A stretch of 64,000 bases of DNA from Raja brachyura (taxonomy: Eukaryota): positions 41,850,001 to 41,914,000 of the forward strand of contig OY740804.1 in NCBI GenBank assembly GCA_963514005.1. The letters run 5' to 3'. Numbering within the stretch: position 1 is the first letter of the stretch; the number at the start of each line of letters is the position of its first letter. Below, piece by piece: positions 24,688 to 37,960 of this stretch. Below the pieces are notes generated by a model that worked only from the letters and a program-made list of their open reading frames with translations, searched no databases and was not told the DNA's origin. The position numbers and the translations under genes were made by a program.

Positions 24688-26119
24688 CCAGACTAAGTGG
24701 GGTGGCAGCTTGGGCTGGCAGCTCAGTCACTCAGGCCTGGGTGGGCTGGCAGTTCAGTCACTCAGGCCTGGTCGGCTGGCAGCTCAGTCACTCAGGCCTG
24801 GTGGGCTGGCAGCTCAGACACTCGGGTCTGGGTGGGCTGGCAGCTCAGTCACTCAGGCCTGGTGGGCTGGCAGTTCAGTCAATCAGGCCTGGTGGGCTGG
24901 CAGCTCAGTCACTCAGGCCTGGCGGGCTGGCAGTTCAGTCACTCAGGCCTGGTGGGCTGGCAGCTCAGTCACTCACGGCTGGTGGGCTGGCAGCTCCGTC
25001 ATTCACGGCTGGTGGGCTGGCAGCTCCGTCATTCACGGCTGGTGGGCTGGTAGCCGACTCACTCACAGCTGGTGGGCAGGCAGCTGAGTCACTCACGGCT
25101 GGTGGGCTGGCAGTTAACTCACTCACGGCTGGTGGGCTGGCAGTTGACTCACTCACAGCTGGTGGGCTGGCAGTTGACTCACTCACAGCTGGTGGGCTGG
25201 CAGTTGACTCACTCACAGCTGGTGGGCTGGCAGTTGACTCACTCACAGCTGGTGGGCTGGCAGTTGACTCACTCACAGCTGGTGGGCTCACACACACACA
25301 CACACACCCTCCATCACACACACACCCTCCATCACACACACACACTCCATCTCACAGACACACACACTCCATCTCACACACACCCCCTCCATCTCACAAA
25401 CACACACATACACACTCACATACACACCCTCCATCTCACACACACTCGCTCCATCTCACATGCACACCCACCATTACACACACACAGGCACCATCTCTCA
25501 CACACACACACTACCTCACACACACACTCACACCATCCATCACACACTCTCACACACTCACGCACAACATATATATGACAGTAAAACTCTCTTGAATCTA
25601 CTCACGTGGTTGAGCACGGCCTCTCCCCTGAGCGGGACTTCCGCAGTGAGCGGGACTTCCGGAATGAGCATGACATTCAGTTCAAGCAGCACAGTGCAGA
25701 CCAACCCTTCAATTCAGTTCAAGCAGCACAGTGCAGGCTCAAAGTTCAGTTCACTCATGGCGTAGACTCACAATTCTGGTCTCAACTCTCACTCACGGTC
25801 TTCCGCGGTGACTGACTCACGTCCGGCCTCCGGGGCTTTATTCTCCTGGCCCCCCGGAAGGGGCGTTACCTTCATCATCATGACTGACAGGTGAGAAGAC
25901 CAATCTGCTGATATCATGATTTTTTAAACATTCATAACTTTTTTATTATTTCATCGATCGGAAAAAACCTTGGGGCGGTTGGAGGAGAGGAGGACGGTGA
26001 GTAAGATGGCAAAAACATCATAGCGATATAGGGTACCACTTTTTCTAAAATGTATTTACAACGTAGACAGGAAGTGATCAAGATTAGACTTTTAGTAATA
26101 GTATAGATAGATAGATAGA
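24688..26119 (-). mobile_element. Non-autonomous Helitron-like element
   Basis: Minus-strand 5' TC(TATC)n-TATACTATTACTAAAA and 3' CCACTTAGTCTGG (CTRR); inserted between A and T of GGAGAACA|TGGATAGG with no TSD. Confidence 0.75.
24711..25288 (+). repeat. 30-bp minisatellite (~19 units), followed by a CA-rich tract to ~25565
   Basis: Unit GGTGGGCTGGCAGTTGACTCACTCACAGCT and variants. Confidence 0.95.
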
Positions 26120-26811
26120 TGGATAGGAGATGTTTCGTGCCAGGACCCTTCTTCAGACCTTTCTAACACCTCAATCTTGATTCCTGTGTGCATATATTCA
26201 CATGATTTATAAACTGATTAGCTTTGAGGAACCAAACTATACATTTACCCCAACATATTCACAAAGTTCTGGAGGAACTAAGCAGGTTTCAGTAACTCAG
26301 TAATACTAGTGTGAAGACGGTTCCTGACCCAAAACATCACCTATCCATGCGCTCCAGAGATGCAGCCTGACCCGCTGAATTACTCCAACACTTCCTGTCT
26401 TTTATTGCAAACAAGCATTTGCACTTCCTTGTATCACCATCTCTCTGACACTTGGTACTGAAGACAGACAGATTTGTTTTGAAATGGATCAACTAGATGG
26501 TGAAGTTCTTGCTGAGGGTGATAGGAAGGTTAGAAACAAGGGTTTGCTGTGTTTCCAGCGCAATTGTATTTTAATGCAGAATCAGATGCTGCCTGACCCG
26601 TCGAGTTACTCCTGCACTTTGACTTTGTTGGCAGTCCGCAGTTCCCTGTTTCTACTATTAATTTAGAGATACAGCGTAAAAACAGGCCCATCTGCCCACT
26701 GAGTCTGAACTGACCAGCGATCCCTGCATGCTAACACTATCCTACACACACCGGAGACAATCAATAATTTTAACAAGCCAATTAACCTACAACCCTGCAC
26801 GTCTTTGGAAT

Positions 26812-27670
26812 GTCAAGTCAAGTCAAGTTTACTTGTCACATACGCATATGAGATGCGCAGTGAAATGAAAAGTGGCAATGCTTGCGGATTGTGCAAAAAA
26901 ACCCCAAAAAACTACAAAACAGAATAGAACAGAATCAGTAATTACACATTTGTGAGAAAAAAACAACAATTTTAAAAAGACACGACACAACAGTAAATTT
27001 GTACAGTAAGTTAGTCCCTGGTGAGATACGAGTTTACAGTCCTAATGGCCTCTGGGAAGAAACTCTTTCTCACCCTCTCTGTTTTCACAGCATGGCAGCA
27101 GAGGCGTTTGCCTGACGGTAGCAGCTGGAACAGTCTGTTGCTGGGGTGGAAGGGGTCCCCCATAATGTTGCTGGCTCTGGATCTGCACCTTCTGATGTAA
27201 AGTTCCTGCAGGGGGGCGAGTGTAGCTCCCATAGTGCGTTCGGCCGAACGCAATACTCTCTGCAGAGCCTTCTTGTCCTGGGCAGAGCAGTTCCCAAACC
27301 AGATTGTGATGTTTCCGGACAAGATGCTTTCTACAGCCGCTGAGTAGAAGCACTGGAGGATCCTGAGAGAGACTCTGAATTTCCTCAGCTGCCTGAGGAG
27401 GTAAAGGCGCTGCCTTGCCTTACTCACCAGTGCGGCAACGTGTGATGTCCATGGCAGATCCTTTGAGATGAGGACTCCCAGGTATTTAAAGCAGCTCACC
27501 CTATCCACAGTATCCCCATTTATCTTCAGTAGTGTGTACGTCCTCGGATGATGTGCCCTCCTGAAGTCCACGATCAGCTCCTTAGTTATTTTGACATTCA
27601 AGAGGTGGCTGTTGTCCTGACACCAGAGTGCCAGAAAGCCACCTCCTCCCGGTAGGCCTTCTCATCATTT
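26812..27670 (-). mobile_element. Rex1/Babar-type LINE 3' fragment inserted in a SINE
   Basis: ITKELIVDFRR...FKYLGVLIS...KARQRLYLLRQLRKF...SFFPEAIR (27011-27601); (CTTGA)n tail; SINE halves at ~26660-26810 and ~27672-27825. Confidence 0.8.
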
Positions 27671-28625
27671 CCGGTGTGGGAGGAAACCAGAGCACCTGGA
27701 GAAAACTCACCCAGTCATAGGGAGAATTTACAAACTCTGTACAGACAGCACCTAAAGATCGGATCAAACTCGGGTCTCTGGCTCTGTATGGCAGCAACTC
27801 TACCGCTACGCCACTGTGCTGCCCCCTGTAAGCATTTAGCCATGAAGGTCAGTTGGCCAAGTTACTAGCTCTGTGGGACTACAATACCTTCTCTGAGCAC
27901 CTTCACTTCCAATGTGCAGGAACGATGAGAGATTCAACAGTTACGCTCTGATTCATATCTTGGTGAGACTGCTCTCCGTGCAGACCTTTGATCTGAGCTT
28001 TCGGGAGGTTTGGCTGGCTGGCTATCAGGGGATGTTGGCTGATTCATTACCTTCTTTACATCATATTTAATGGGGGACTTGGCAGCAAGCAGGCAGTCTG
28101 TACATGATGTTGATTTACAATGTAATTGGAGATGATGTGGAGTCTTTGGATCTGACCTGCTTATGTTTGCTTGCAAAGTCTCTGCAAATGCAGCTGATGC
28201 CATTTCTGCCGTCTCCATTTCCTGAACACGTGTGTCCTCTGGTGTTTCTCTTGAGCTTCGTCCCACCAAGTGTTCAAACACTGCCTCACTTTTCACCATC
28301 ACCACATGGGTGTTATTGTGCCGGATTCTACAGCACATCAGCGGCACAGTGCCCAACTTTAACTAACCTCTTACCCCCAAACGGACTTTGAAACTCAGGT
28401 TCTGAGGTATTTAATGAATACTTTTAGATTTAATTTATTTTGCAATGACAACAACAACTTACATATTATATAGTATTTAATGTGGCAAGGTGTCCAAGAC
28501 GTGCTTCAAATAGTGTTGGAATCTAGTGTTCTTAAAGCAGAAATTAACAGATTCTTGATTGGGAAACGAGGTTATGGGGAGAAGGCAGGAGAATGGGGTT
28601 GAGAGGGAAAGTTAGATCAGTCATC

Positions 28626-29135
28626 ATAGAAACATAAACATAGAAACATAGAAAATAGGTGCAAGAGGAGGCCATTCGGCCCTTTGAGCCAGCACTGCCT
28701 TTCACTGTGATCATGGCTGATCGTCCCCAATTAATAACCCGTACCTGCCTTCTCCCCATATCCCTTGACTCCACTAGCCCCTAGAGCTCTATCTAACTCT
28801 CTTAAATCCATCCAGTGATTTGGCCTCCACTTCCCTCTGCGGCAGGGAATTCCACAAATTCACAACTCTCTGGGTGAAAACGTTTCTTCGCACCTCAGTC
28901 TTAAATGACCTCCCCTTTATTCTAAGACTGTGGCCCCTGGTTCTGACCTCACCCAACATTGGGAACATTTTTCCTGCATCTAGCTTGTCCAGTCCTTTTA
29001 TAATTTTATATGTTTCTATAAGATCCCCCCTCATCCTTCTAAACTCCAGTGAATACAAGCCGAGTCTTCAATCTTTCCTCATATGACAGTCCTGCCATCC
29101 CAGGGATCAATCTCATGAACCTACGCTGCACTGTC
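28626..29135 (-). mobile_element. CR1 LINE 3' fragment
   Basis: YSLEFRRMRGDLIETYKIIKG...; (TTTCTATG)n tail. Confidence 0.9.
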
Positions 29136-30319
29136 TGATGATAGAGTAGACATGATGGGCCAAATGGCCAAAATCTGCTCCTATAACATGAACTTATGTA
29201 CTTATGACATGAGCCCACATTTTATGGCAGGGGACCAAAAACTTCATGAGGTTTAGGAATGTCGTAAAGGAAAGTAGGTTTCAAACATGGCTTTTGCTGG
29301 GAATTCCCAAGCCCAGAGACAGAGTCAGCTAAAGCCACATTGTCAGTGGCAGAGCAATTACATTTGGGATCTTCACATTTTAAATTTGTAGATCCAACAA
29401 TAGCTAACGTGAAATGGAGCAACACTGTGGCACAGCGGTAGAGCTGCTGTGTTACAGCGCCAGAGACCCAGTTTCAATCCTGACCAGAGGTACTGTCTGT
29501 CCGGAGTTTGTACATTCAGCTATTTGAGCCAGCAGCACCATTCAAAATGATAATGGCTGATCATCCAAAACCATTACCCCGTTCCAGCTTTTTCCCCATA
29601 TCCCTTGATTCCCTAAGAGCTAAATCTAACTCTCTCTTGACTATGCAGCTTGTTGTTTACATTATCCACATGCACGGCAGCCTTGGTTTGTATATATTGA
29701 CACCAAGATTTCAATGCATATTTACAACTTTTCCCCAGTAGTCCTATTTACATTATAGTCTTTCTCATTTCATGGGGAGAATGAAAATCAAAGGATGAAA
29801 ATCTTTACATTTCCAGACCAATGTTGATGCGTAATCGATGAGTTACAGTACGTTTGAGTTTGACGAGATGTGTACAAGGAAATAGGCATCAGAATTTCAG
29901 GTGAATATAAGTGAATGGAAGATTGGAGATGTGTTGGTGCGGCCAGGAATATGTGTATCAAGGACATGTATGTAGGGGCCAACAGACACTGAACCAGCCA
30001 CGACAGATGCAGAAATGGCAATGCAAGTGATTACAGATGCAGGAATCTGGTGCAAAAAGTAAACTGCATCTGTGGAGACAGAGTGTAGTGCTGGTGGAAG
30101 GTCTCGACCCAAACCATCAATTATCAGATACATCTTACCCTGCTGATGTTCCCTGATGCCTTGGTGTTTTTGCTCCAGAAATGGCAATGTTACTGGGGTA
30201 GAGACAGATTCTCTCATCACCACCTCATCATTAGATGGGGCACTCTCACTGCCTTCTGGCTCAATATTGAAATCAGTAGTTTCAGTTCTTCATCACATCT
30301 CCAGTTTTTAACTGCTTCA

Positions 30320-30580
30320 GACACAGCGTGGAAACAGGCCCTTCGGCCCATCGAGTCCGCGCCTACCAACAATCACCTGTACACTAGTTCTATCCTACAC
30401 ACTAGGAGCAATTTACAGATGCCAATTAACCCAGAACCTGCACGTCTTTAGAATATAGAAAACAGTGGTAACCAGAGAAAACCCATGCAGTCACAGGGAG
30501 AATATACAAACTTTGTGCAGACAGCACCTGTAATCAGGATTGAACCCGGGTCTCTGACTCCAGTGCTGCGCCACTGTGCG
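30320..30580 (-). mobile_element. tRNA-derived SINE
   Basis: Same family as 6443-6766. Confidence 0.7.
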
Positions 30581-31201
30581 GTTGGTGCTAATGGATTTGT
30601 TAATTGTATTTCCATCTCCTCTGCACCAACATTGTGCCTCTTTCCTTGTCTATTCCAATGTCCTTCTAAGTTTCAATTTTGTTGTATTTGTCCTTTCATG
30701 TCTCATTCCACCCAATCACACACCAAACAGTTTGTACTTTGACCCCTGCACAGCTCTGCATTTGGTTAAAAAATTTCCAAAACGTTTTCCAGTTCTGATC
30801 TAAGATCATTAAACTGAAATATTAACTTTTGTTTCTCTCTGCCTGTTGGTTTGGTCTGACTGTCTGAGTATTTCTTACATTCTGTGTTGCACTCTCTACT
30901 CATGGATTCTAGGAATACATTTTATATCAGAGAAGACTTGTTAAGGACTCTGTGCATTAAGAAGAACATGTCAGTAAGCATATGCACTTGGCTGTGTGAC
31001 AGGAAGCAGAGGATGCACTTCTGGGAGGTAGAACTCCCCTTGATCAGTATCAGTTCCATTCCTCTTTCAAAACTTCCCTTTCCTGAGTCAAAATTGTTAT
31101 GGTAACAAATGCAAACCAAGTGCTAACTCATATTTTCTTATAAATATGCCAAACTGTGCCATAGTGGATCACATTAAAATGAGTTTGGATAACAATACAT
31201 A

Positions 31202-33263
31202 CAGTGGTTTGCAAAAGTATTCATACCCCTTGAACTTTTCCACATTTTATCACGTTACAACCACAAACGTAAATGTATTTTATTGGGATGTTATGTGATA
31301 GACCAACACAAAGTGGCGCATAATTGTGAAGTGAAAGGAAAATGATATATGGTTTCCAAATTTTTGACAAATAAGAAACTGAAAAGTGTGGCATGCAAAG
31401 GTATTCAGTCCCCTTTACTCTGACACCCCTAAATAAAATCCAGTGCAACCAATTGCCTTCAGAAGTCACCTGATAAGTAAATAGAGTCCACTTGTGTGTA
31501 ATCTAATCTCAGTATAAATACAGCTGTTCTGTGAAGGCCTCAGAGGTTTGTTAGAGGACATTAGTGGACAAACAGCATCATGAAGCCCAAGGAACACACC
31601 AGACAGGTCAGGGATAAAGTGGTGGAGAAGTTTAAAGCAGGGTTAGGTTATAAAAAAATATCCCAAGCTTTGAACATCTCACGGAGCACTGTTCAATCCA
31701 TCATCCGATAATGCAAAGAGTATGGCACAACTACAAACCTATCAAGACATGGCCATCCACCTAAACTGACAGGCCGGGCAAGGAGAGTATTGATCAGAGA
31801 AGCAGCCAAGAGGCCCTTAGTAACTCTGGAGGAGCTGCAGAGATCCACAGCTCAGGTGGGAGAATCTGTCGACAGGACAACTAGTAGTCGTGCACTCCAC
31901 AAATCGGGCCTTTATGGAAGTGTGGCAAGAAGAAAGCCATTGTTGAAACAAAGCCATAAGAAGTCCTGTTTGCAGTTTGCCACAAACCATGTGGGGGACA
32001 CAGCAAACATGTGGAGGAAGGTGCTCTGGTCTGATGAGACCAAAATTGAAGTTTTTGGCCTAAATGCAAAACGCTATGTGTGGCAGAAAACTAACACTGC
32101 ACATCACCCTGAACACACCATCCCCACTGTGAAACATGGTGGTGGCAGCATCATGCTGTGGGGATGCTTTTCTTCAGCAGGGACAGGGAAGCTGGTCAGA
32201 GTTGATGGGAAGATGGATGGAGCCAAATACAGGGCAATCTTGGAAGTAAACCTGTTAGAGTCTGCAAAAGACTTGAGACTGGGGCGGAGGTTCACCTTCC
32301 AGCAGGACAATGGCCCTAAACATACAGCCAGAGCTACAATGGAATGGTTTAGATCAAAGCATATTCATGTGTTAGATTAGATTAGATTAGATTCCTTTAT
32401 TGTCATTCAGACCTTACGGTCGGAACGAAATTGTTACCATACAGTCATACATATAATAAAAACAAAACACACAATAAACACATATCCAACATCCACCACA
32501 ATGAGTTCACCAGGCACCTCCTCACTGTGGTGGAAGGCAAAAGTCTTAAGTCCCTGTCTTCCTCCCTCCTAGTTCTCCCTCTGTGCTGAGGCGATCCAGG
32601 CCTCCGCCACCGCTGGAGCACCGCAGCTCCAAGCTGGACTGCCGCCGCTGGAGCACCGTAGCTGCGAACCAGGCCGCCACCACAGCTCCACCATTAGGCC
32701 CCAGCACAGACGGTGCGGGGGACACGCATCCCCTCAAAGGGAGAGACTACGACTAAAAAAAAGAAAAAAACAGACGGACTGCAGGTGAGCTGCAGCTGCC
32801 AGTCAGCGCAGCCACTTCCGGAATGGCACAGTCAAAGTCCAGACCTAAATCCAATTGAGAATCGCTAGCAAGACTAGAAAATTGCTGTTCACAGACGCTC
32901 TCCATCCAATCTGACTGAGCTTGAGCTATTTTGCAAAGAAGAATAGGCAAAATTTTCCGCCTCTAGATGTGCAAAGCTGGTAGAGACATACCCCAAAAGA
33001 TTTGCAGCTGCAATTGCAGCGAAAGGTGGTTGTACAAAGTATTGACTCAGGGAGGCTGAATACTTTTGCACGCCACACTTTTCAGTTTTTTATTTGTAAT
33101 AAAATTTGGAAACCATGTATCATTTTCCTTCCATTTCACAATGATGCACCACTTTGTGTTGGTCTATCACATAAAATCCCAATAAAATACATTTATATTT
33201 GTGGTTGTAACGTGACAAAATGTGGAAAAGTTCAAGGGGTATGAATACTTTTGCAAGCCACTG
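31202..33263 (+). mobile_element. Tc1-family transposon with ~200-bp TIRs and an inactivated transposase
   Basis: TA|CAGTGG...CCACTG|TA. Transposase runs from ATG 31580 to TGA 33045 with VLWSDETKIE, HGGGSIMLWGCF, FQQDN and SPDLNPIEN. Premature stops and an insertion. Confidence 0.95.
32376..32820 (-). mobile_element. Short non-LTR element with (TCTAA)n tail interrupting the Tc1 transposase
   Basis: Splits CATGTGTTAGA|ATGGC; (ATTAG)n at the left end. Confidence 0.7.
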
Positions 33264-33617
33264 TATGTAGACAGCAATAAGGATAATTTCCAACCCATTC
33301 TGCTCTCTTTGTCTTTGATTTCTGATACTGTTCCAATGAACCCAATGCATTAAGCAGCAACTATGTCTTCTGACTGCCCACATTACAGCTGTAAAGATTT
33401 AACATTGAACAATTTCATATATTCAGCCATTTAAGTTTGTTAAAGAACTACAGATCCCGGTTCACAAAAGTTTTGGAGTAGCTCAATGGGTCCGGCAGCA
33501 TCTCAAAAGAACAAAAGAAGGGTCCCGACCTGAAACATCGCCTGTCCATGTTTTCCTGAGATGCTGCCTGACCCAAGGAGTTACTCCAGCACTGTCTTCC
33601 TCAGCAACCTATAACTT

Positions 33618-34679
33618 TAAAAAAAAATGTATTGAACTATTTTTGCCTTGTTTCTCTTTTTTTTCCTTCTTTTTTAAAATTTTGTTTTTGTTAGAAGTAA
33701 GTGCAGTAGTGTGGCACCTAAGTACCTAATACATACATACACATTACCATTCTTGTACAACTTCGTGTTTTTAATTTGATAATAAAAGAACAGTGAAAGT
33801 AAAAGGGAAATAAAAAATGTCAAAATAGATAGACAAGTGAGTAGAAACAGATAGCAAAAGAGATAAAGAGCAGAGATAAAAAGCTAAGAAGATTGAGAGA
33901 AAAAGAGAAAGAGGAAAGACAAATTAGGAGACATATACCCATTTCATACTTTTGCCCATCCGTCACCCGGTTCTGAACCAATTAATTTCTAAGGTTGTGT
34001 TATGTTGCACCATATGCTTGTGAAAAGTCGATAAAAGGAGACCAAGACTTTAAGAATTGGTCTACTTTGCCTAGTAGGAGGAATCTCATTTCTTCAAGAT
34101 GTAGCGTTTCCGACATATATGAAATCCACATTTTGAATGTTGGCGTGGTTGCATTTTTCCAGAATTTGAGTATAAGTTTTTTTGCTGTTATTAAACCATA
34201 ATTAAGAAGAGCTTCTTGGAACGTAGGTAATTTACTTCCCTCTTCCATTGATCCAAAGATAATCAGTTCTGTATTGGGGTGCAATTTTGCGTTCAATAGT
34301 TTTGTAAAAGTTCCAAAAATTTCATTCCAAAATGTATGCAGTTTTGTACAAGAGACAAAGGGATGTGCTATAGTGGCATTTTGAGTTAGACTTTTATTAC
34401 AGATGGGGGAAACATTTGGAAATATTTTATTCAGTCTAGTTTTCGAGTAATATAGTCTGTGTAAAATGTTTAATTGAATTAGGTTAGTCGAAAATTTATG
34501 TACATATAATAGATTTTTTTCCCATCTGTTGTTCGGAATTTTTATCAATAACTCTTGTTCCCAGTCCCTTCTAAATGCTTCTGTCGTTGGTGTTTCTATA
34601 TTTAAAATTATATGATATAAATATGATATTAAATTGCTTGATTCTGCCTTTCTATTCATTCCTTCCTCTAATAAATCTG
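33618..34679 (-). mobile_element. 5'-truncated L1/Tx1 LINE
   Basis: ORF2 C-terminus LIQLNILHRLYYSKTRL...CNK...HPFVSC...FW (34000-34659); 15-bp TSD AGCAACCTATAACTT (33603-33617 and 34680-34694). Confidence 0.85.
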
Positions 34680-34899
34680 AGCAACCTATAACTTAAACTC
34701 TGTTTCACTCTCTCCACGGATGCTGCCTGCTCTTCTGAATATTTTTGAAGTGTTTGATTTTATTTCAGATTTACAGAACCTGCCATATGTCGTCTTGCAC
34801 TGATCCACTGATTTTCCTCCACTCTCCTGTGCCCTTGCTCATCTACTGATACTGACCTCTCCAGCCAGATCAGCTGTGATTAGCAAGCTCTTACAGCTC

Positions 34900-35165
34900 T
34901 CAGGTGGCTCGATTGTTCAGTTTCTCCCCTGTGCCAGAGACATGGTTCGATCTTGACTTGGGTGCTTTGTATGTGGAGTTTGCATGTTCATCCTGTGATT
35001 GCTTGGGTTTCCTTTGGGTGCTCCGGTTTCCTCTCACATTCCAAAAACGTGCAGGTTTGTAGGTTAATTGGATGAAAAAGTGGGATCATATAGAACTAGT
35101 GTATAGATAGTTGGTTGGAGTGGATCGGTGGGTCGAAGAGCCTGTTTCCATGCTGTATCTCTAAA
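34900..35165 (+). mobile_element. tRNA-derived SINE
   Basis: GGTTCGATC B-box-like motif, central domain and CR1-like tail. Confidence 0.7.
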
Positions 35166-35692
35166 ATGTTAAAATATTATTAAATGTTCCTTCACCCTCT
35201 CTATATAGCTTCACCCCTTTCCCTGTAACTTAAAACAGATTTGTTTCTAACTTTCTCTCGTGAAATTATTCCACTGAAATAATCCAATACCAATCCCAAA
35301 TTTACAGGATTATGGATAAACAGGAAAGGTGCAGAATTAATACAACCATTCTATCAGTGATTTAGCATTGACACGATGGGCCAATCCTCAAACATAGAAT
35401 AGTGCACACACAATGTCTGTGCCGGACGTGATGCCAAGACCATTACTTGCACATGGTCCTTATCAATCCCTGCAGATCAATCAGTTTCTTCCCAGCTATT
35501 ATTAGGCAACTGAACTGTCCTCTCGCCAGATAGAGTGTGGTCCTGGTTTCCTATCTACCTAATTGGAGATCTTTGAACTGTCTTTAATTGGACTTTGTCG
35601 CTGGAAAGACACGTAAGTGCTCACACATTCATGTAAATGTTTCAGTTTGGTTTCCATTCTGTGTTTTACTTCAAAAGCCAGCAAGAACAATG

Positions 35693-35876
35693 TAGACACA
35701 AAATGCTGGAGCAACTCAGCGAGACAGGCAGCATCTCAGGAGAGAAGGAATGGGCGACGTTTCGGGTTGAGACTCTTTTTCAGTCTGAAGGAGGGTCTCA
35801 ACCTGAAACGTCATCCATTCCTTCTCCACTGAGATGCAGTCTGTCCCACTGAGTTACTCCAGCATTTTGTGTCTAC
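35693..35876. repeat. Palindromic Penelope-pLTR-derived element with back-to-back hammerhead motifs
   Basis: GTAGACACAAAATGCTGGAG...CTCCAGCATTTTGTGTCTAC. Similar copies at ~26260-26420, 33460-33595, 36860-37035 and 37500-37678. Confidence 0.8.
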
Positions 35877-37679
35877 CTTCAATTTAAACCAGCATCTGCA
35901 GTTCTTTCTAACACAATGGGACATTCAAAGCAGTCCCCACAAAACTTGGACAAACCTGGCGAGAGAAGTGGGATATTAGTCAGATATCAAAATAAAATAG
36001 AACTACTAGCATTGGAATTGAAGAGAGATGGCTCACATTTAATTGTGGCTCTTCAATGTTTCAGAAATTACACAATTCCAACATTTTACGATTTTATTTC
36101 AAACTGCGAGTTCCTGTATGGATTCCCAGCAAACCGAGACCTGGAGAGTGTTAGAGTCAGATTTGGTAGCAGGCTCCTTTGTTGCCTTGTAAAGAACTAT
36201 GAAGTGACTGGAAAATAAGGTAGAATGGCACAACTATAATGACAATGTCAACATTTCGCAAGTTGGCTAAATTTACGATGACAGGTAGCTTTGATCCTCC
36301 ACTTAATGAAAACTTTGCTTTTAAAAGCAACCTGACTTCAATAATGGACTGGAGGTAAAGCTGCAAAAGGCTTTGAAACACATACAAAAACAGAACCACT
36401 GCTTGTGTGCATACAACCCCATAAAAACGAGAGGCAGTACAGGCAGTGAGCAAAGGTCAAACAATCTCCATAACTCGGTTCCTTTAAGGTCAATATTTAA
36501 TCTCCTTCTCTCTGCTTTTTACATTTTTAACTACTTTCCTCTAATCAATGCCACCTTGCTCTCAATTTCACAACCACAACCTCAACAAAACAATTTGAGC
36601 ACATTTTGCAGTCTTCAAAGATTCAGTTCCAATAAACACGTTATTTTTAGATACTATGAAAGCTGATGAAGGGCAAGATTTTGCAGATTAACGGCTTGTC
36701 CTTCCATTACATTTATTTGAGGTACATTAAATTTTACTGGAGGCGCAGGGTTCATATAAGGAGCAGAGATCGTGCTCCCTGCTGCCTCTGGTGGTCAGCT
36801 GAGGATATCCCATTCTTGGACATACGCAGAACTGCAGATGTTGGTCTATACAAAAAAATACACAAAGTGCTATAGTAGCTCAGCAGGTCAGGCAGCATCA
36901 CTAGACAACATGGAGAGATGATGTTTTGGATCAGGACTCTTCTTCGGGCAACTGTAAGGGTCCTGACTCAAACATCGCCTATCCATGTAATCCAGAGATG
37001 CTGCCAGACCTGAGTTACTCCAGAACTTTGTGTCTTTTCATCCTTTTCTTTCTTTCTGCTTCATACTGGTTAAAATTCAACCTCTGGAGACGTCAAAGAG
37101 CCGCCATGAGGTGCAGAGTTAATACCCCCAGCCTCACCATTGAAAAGCCAAGGTGTGTAGGACTGTTTTAACTTACAATTGACATTATGTATATGTGCAT
37201 GTCAAGGCAACACCTGACGTGTTATATAATAAATCCTGAGGAATGTTCTGCTTGAGTCTCACAGACACAGTAATCTGTACAATGTCAATAGTGTGTCTGC
37301 AGTCAGTCACACTCAGTCGCCGGCTACTCATGTAAACATTCCTGCTGCTTGATGTGGGCCAAAGGCTCCGTGTCCATGTTTGAATGACAGTATCCCCTGT
37401 TACTCTATCACTGTTATTCATACCCTGACTTAGTTTAATCTTAGATTAGAGATACAGCGTGGTAACTGGCCCGTGTAGGAAGGAACTGCAGATACTGAAG
37501 ATAAACACAAAATGCTTGAGTAACTCAACGGGGCAGGCAGCATCTTTGGAGAGAAGGAATTGGTGACGTTTCGGGTCGAGACCCAACGAAGAAGACTCTC
37601 GACCCAAAATGTCACTCATTCCTTCTCTCCAGAGATGCTGCCTGTCCTGCTGAGTTACTCCAGCATTTTGTGTCTATCT

Positions 37680-37960
37680 ATGGAAACTGGCCCTTCAGCT
37701 CAACGAGTTCATGATGATCATTGATCACCCGTTCACACTATTTCTATGTTATCCCCCTTTCTCATCCACTACCTACAAACTAAGGGCAATTTAAAGAGGG
37801 CCAATTAACCAACAATCCCGCATGTCTTTAGTATGTAGGAGGAAACCGGAGCACGTGAAGGACATCATTTGGAGAACGTGGAAACTCCCCACAGACAGCA
37901 CCCAAGGTCAGGATTGAACCCAGGCCTCTGGTGCTGTGTGGAAGCAGCTCTACCAACTGC
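37680..37960 (-). mobile_element. tRNA-derived SINE
   Basis: Same family as 6443-6766. Confidence 0.7.

Noticed and set aside
24711-25288. CRISPR-like periodicity
   Set aside because: Tandem units without unique spacers, no cas genes, eukaryotic context.
24596-25595. Long ORFs (up to 325 aa) with repeated GGLA peptides
   Set aside because: Translation of a 30-bp minisatellite and CA tract; open in several frames; lies inside a Helitron-like element.
27934-28356. 140-aa minus-strand ORF in unique DNA
   Set aside because: No recognisable domain and no convincing splice pair; cannot be supported without a homology search or RNA data.
29222-30050. Short ORFs in unique DNA (also 35916-36218 and 37185-37421)
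   Set aside because: No family motifs and no consistent exon chain.
36778-36800. Second CTCF-like motif CCACCAGAGGCAGC
   Set aside because: Mismatches in the 3' half of the core; too weak without data.
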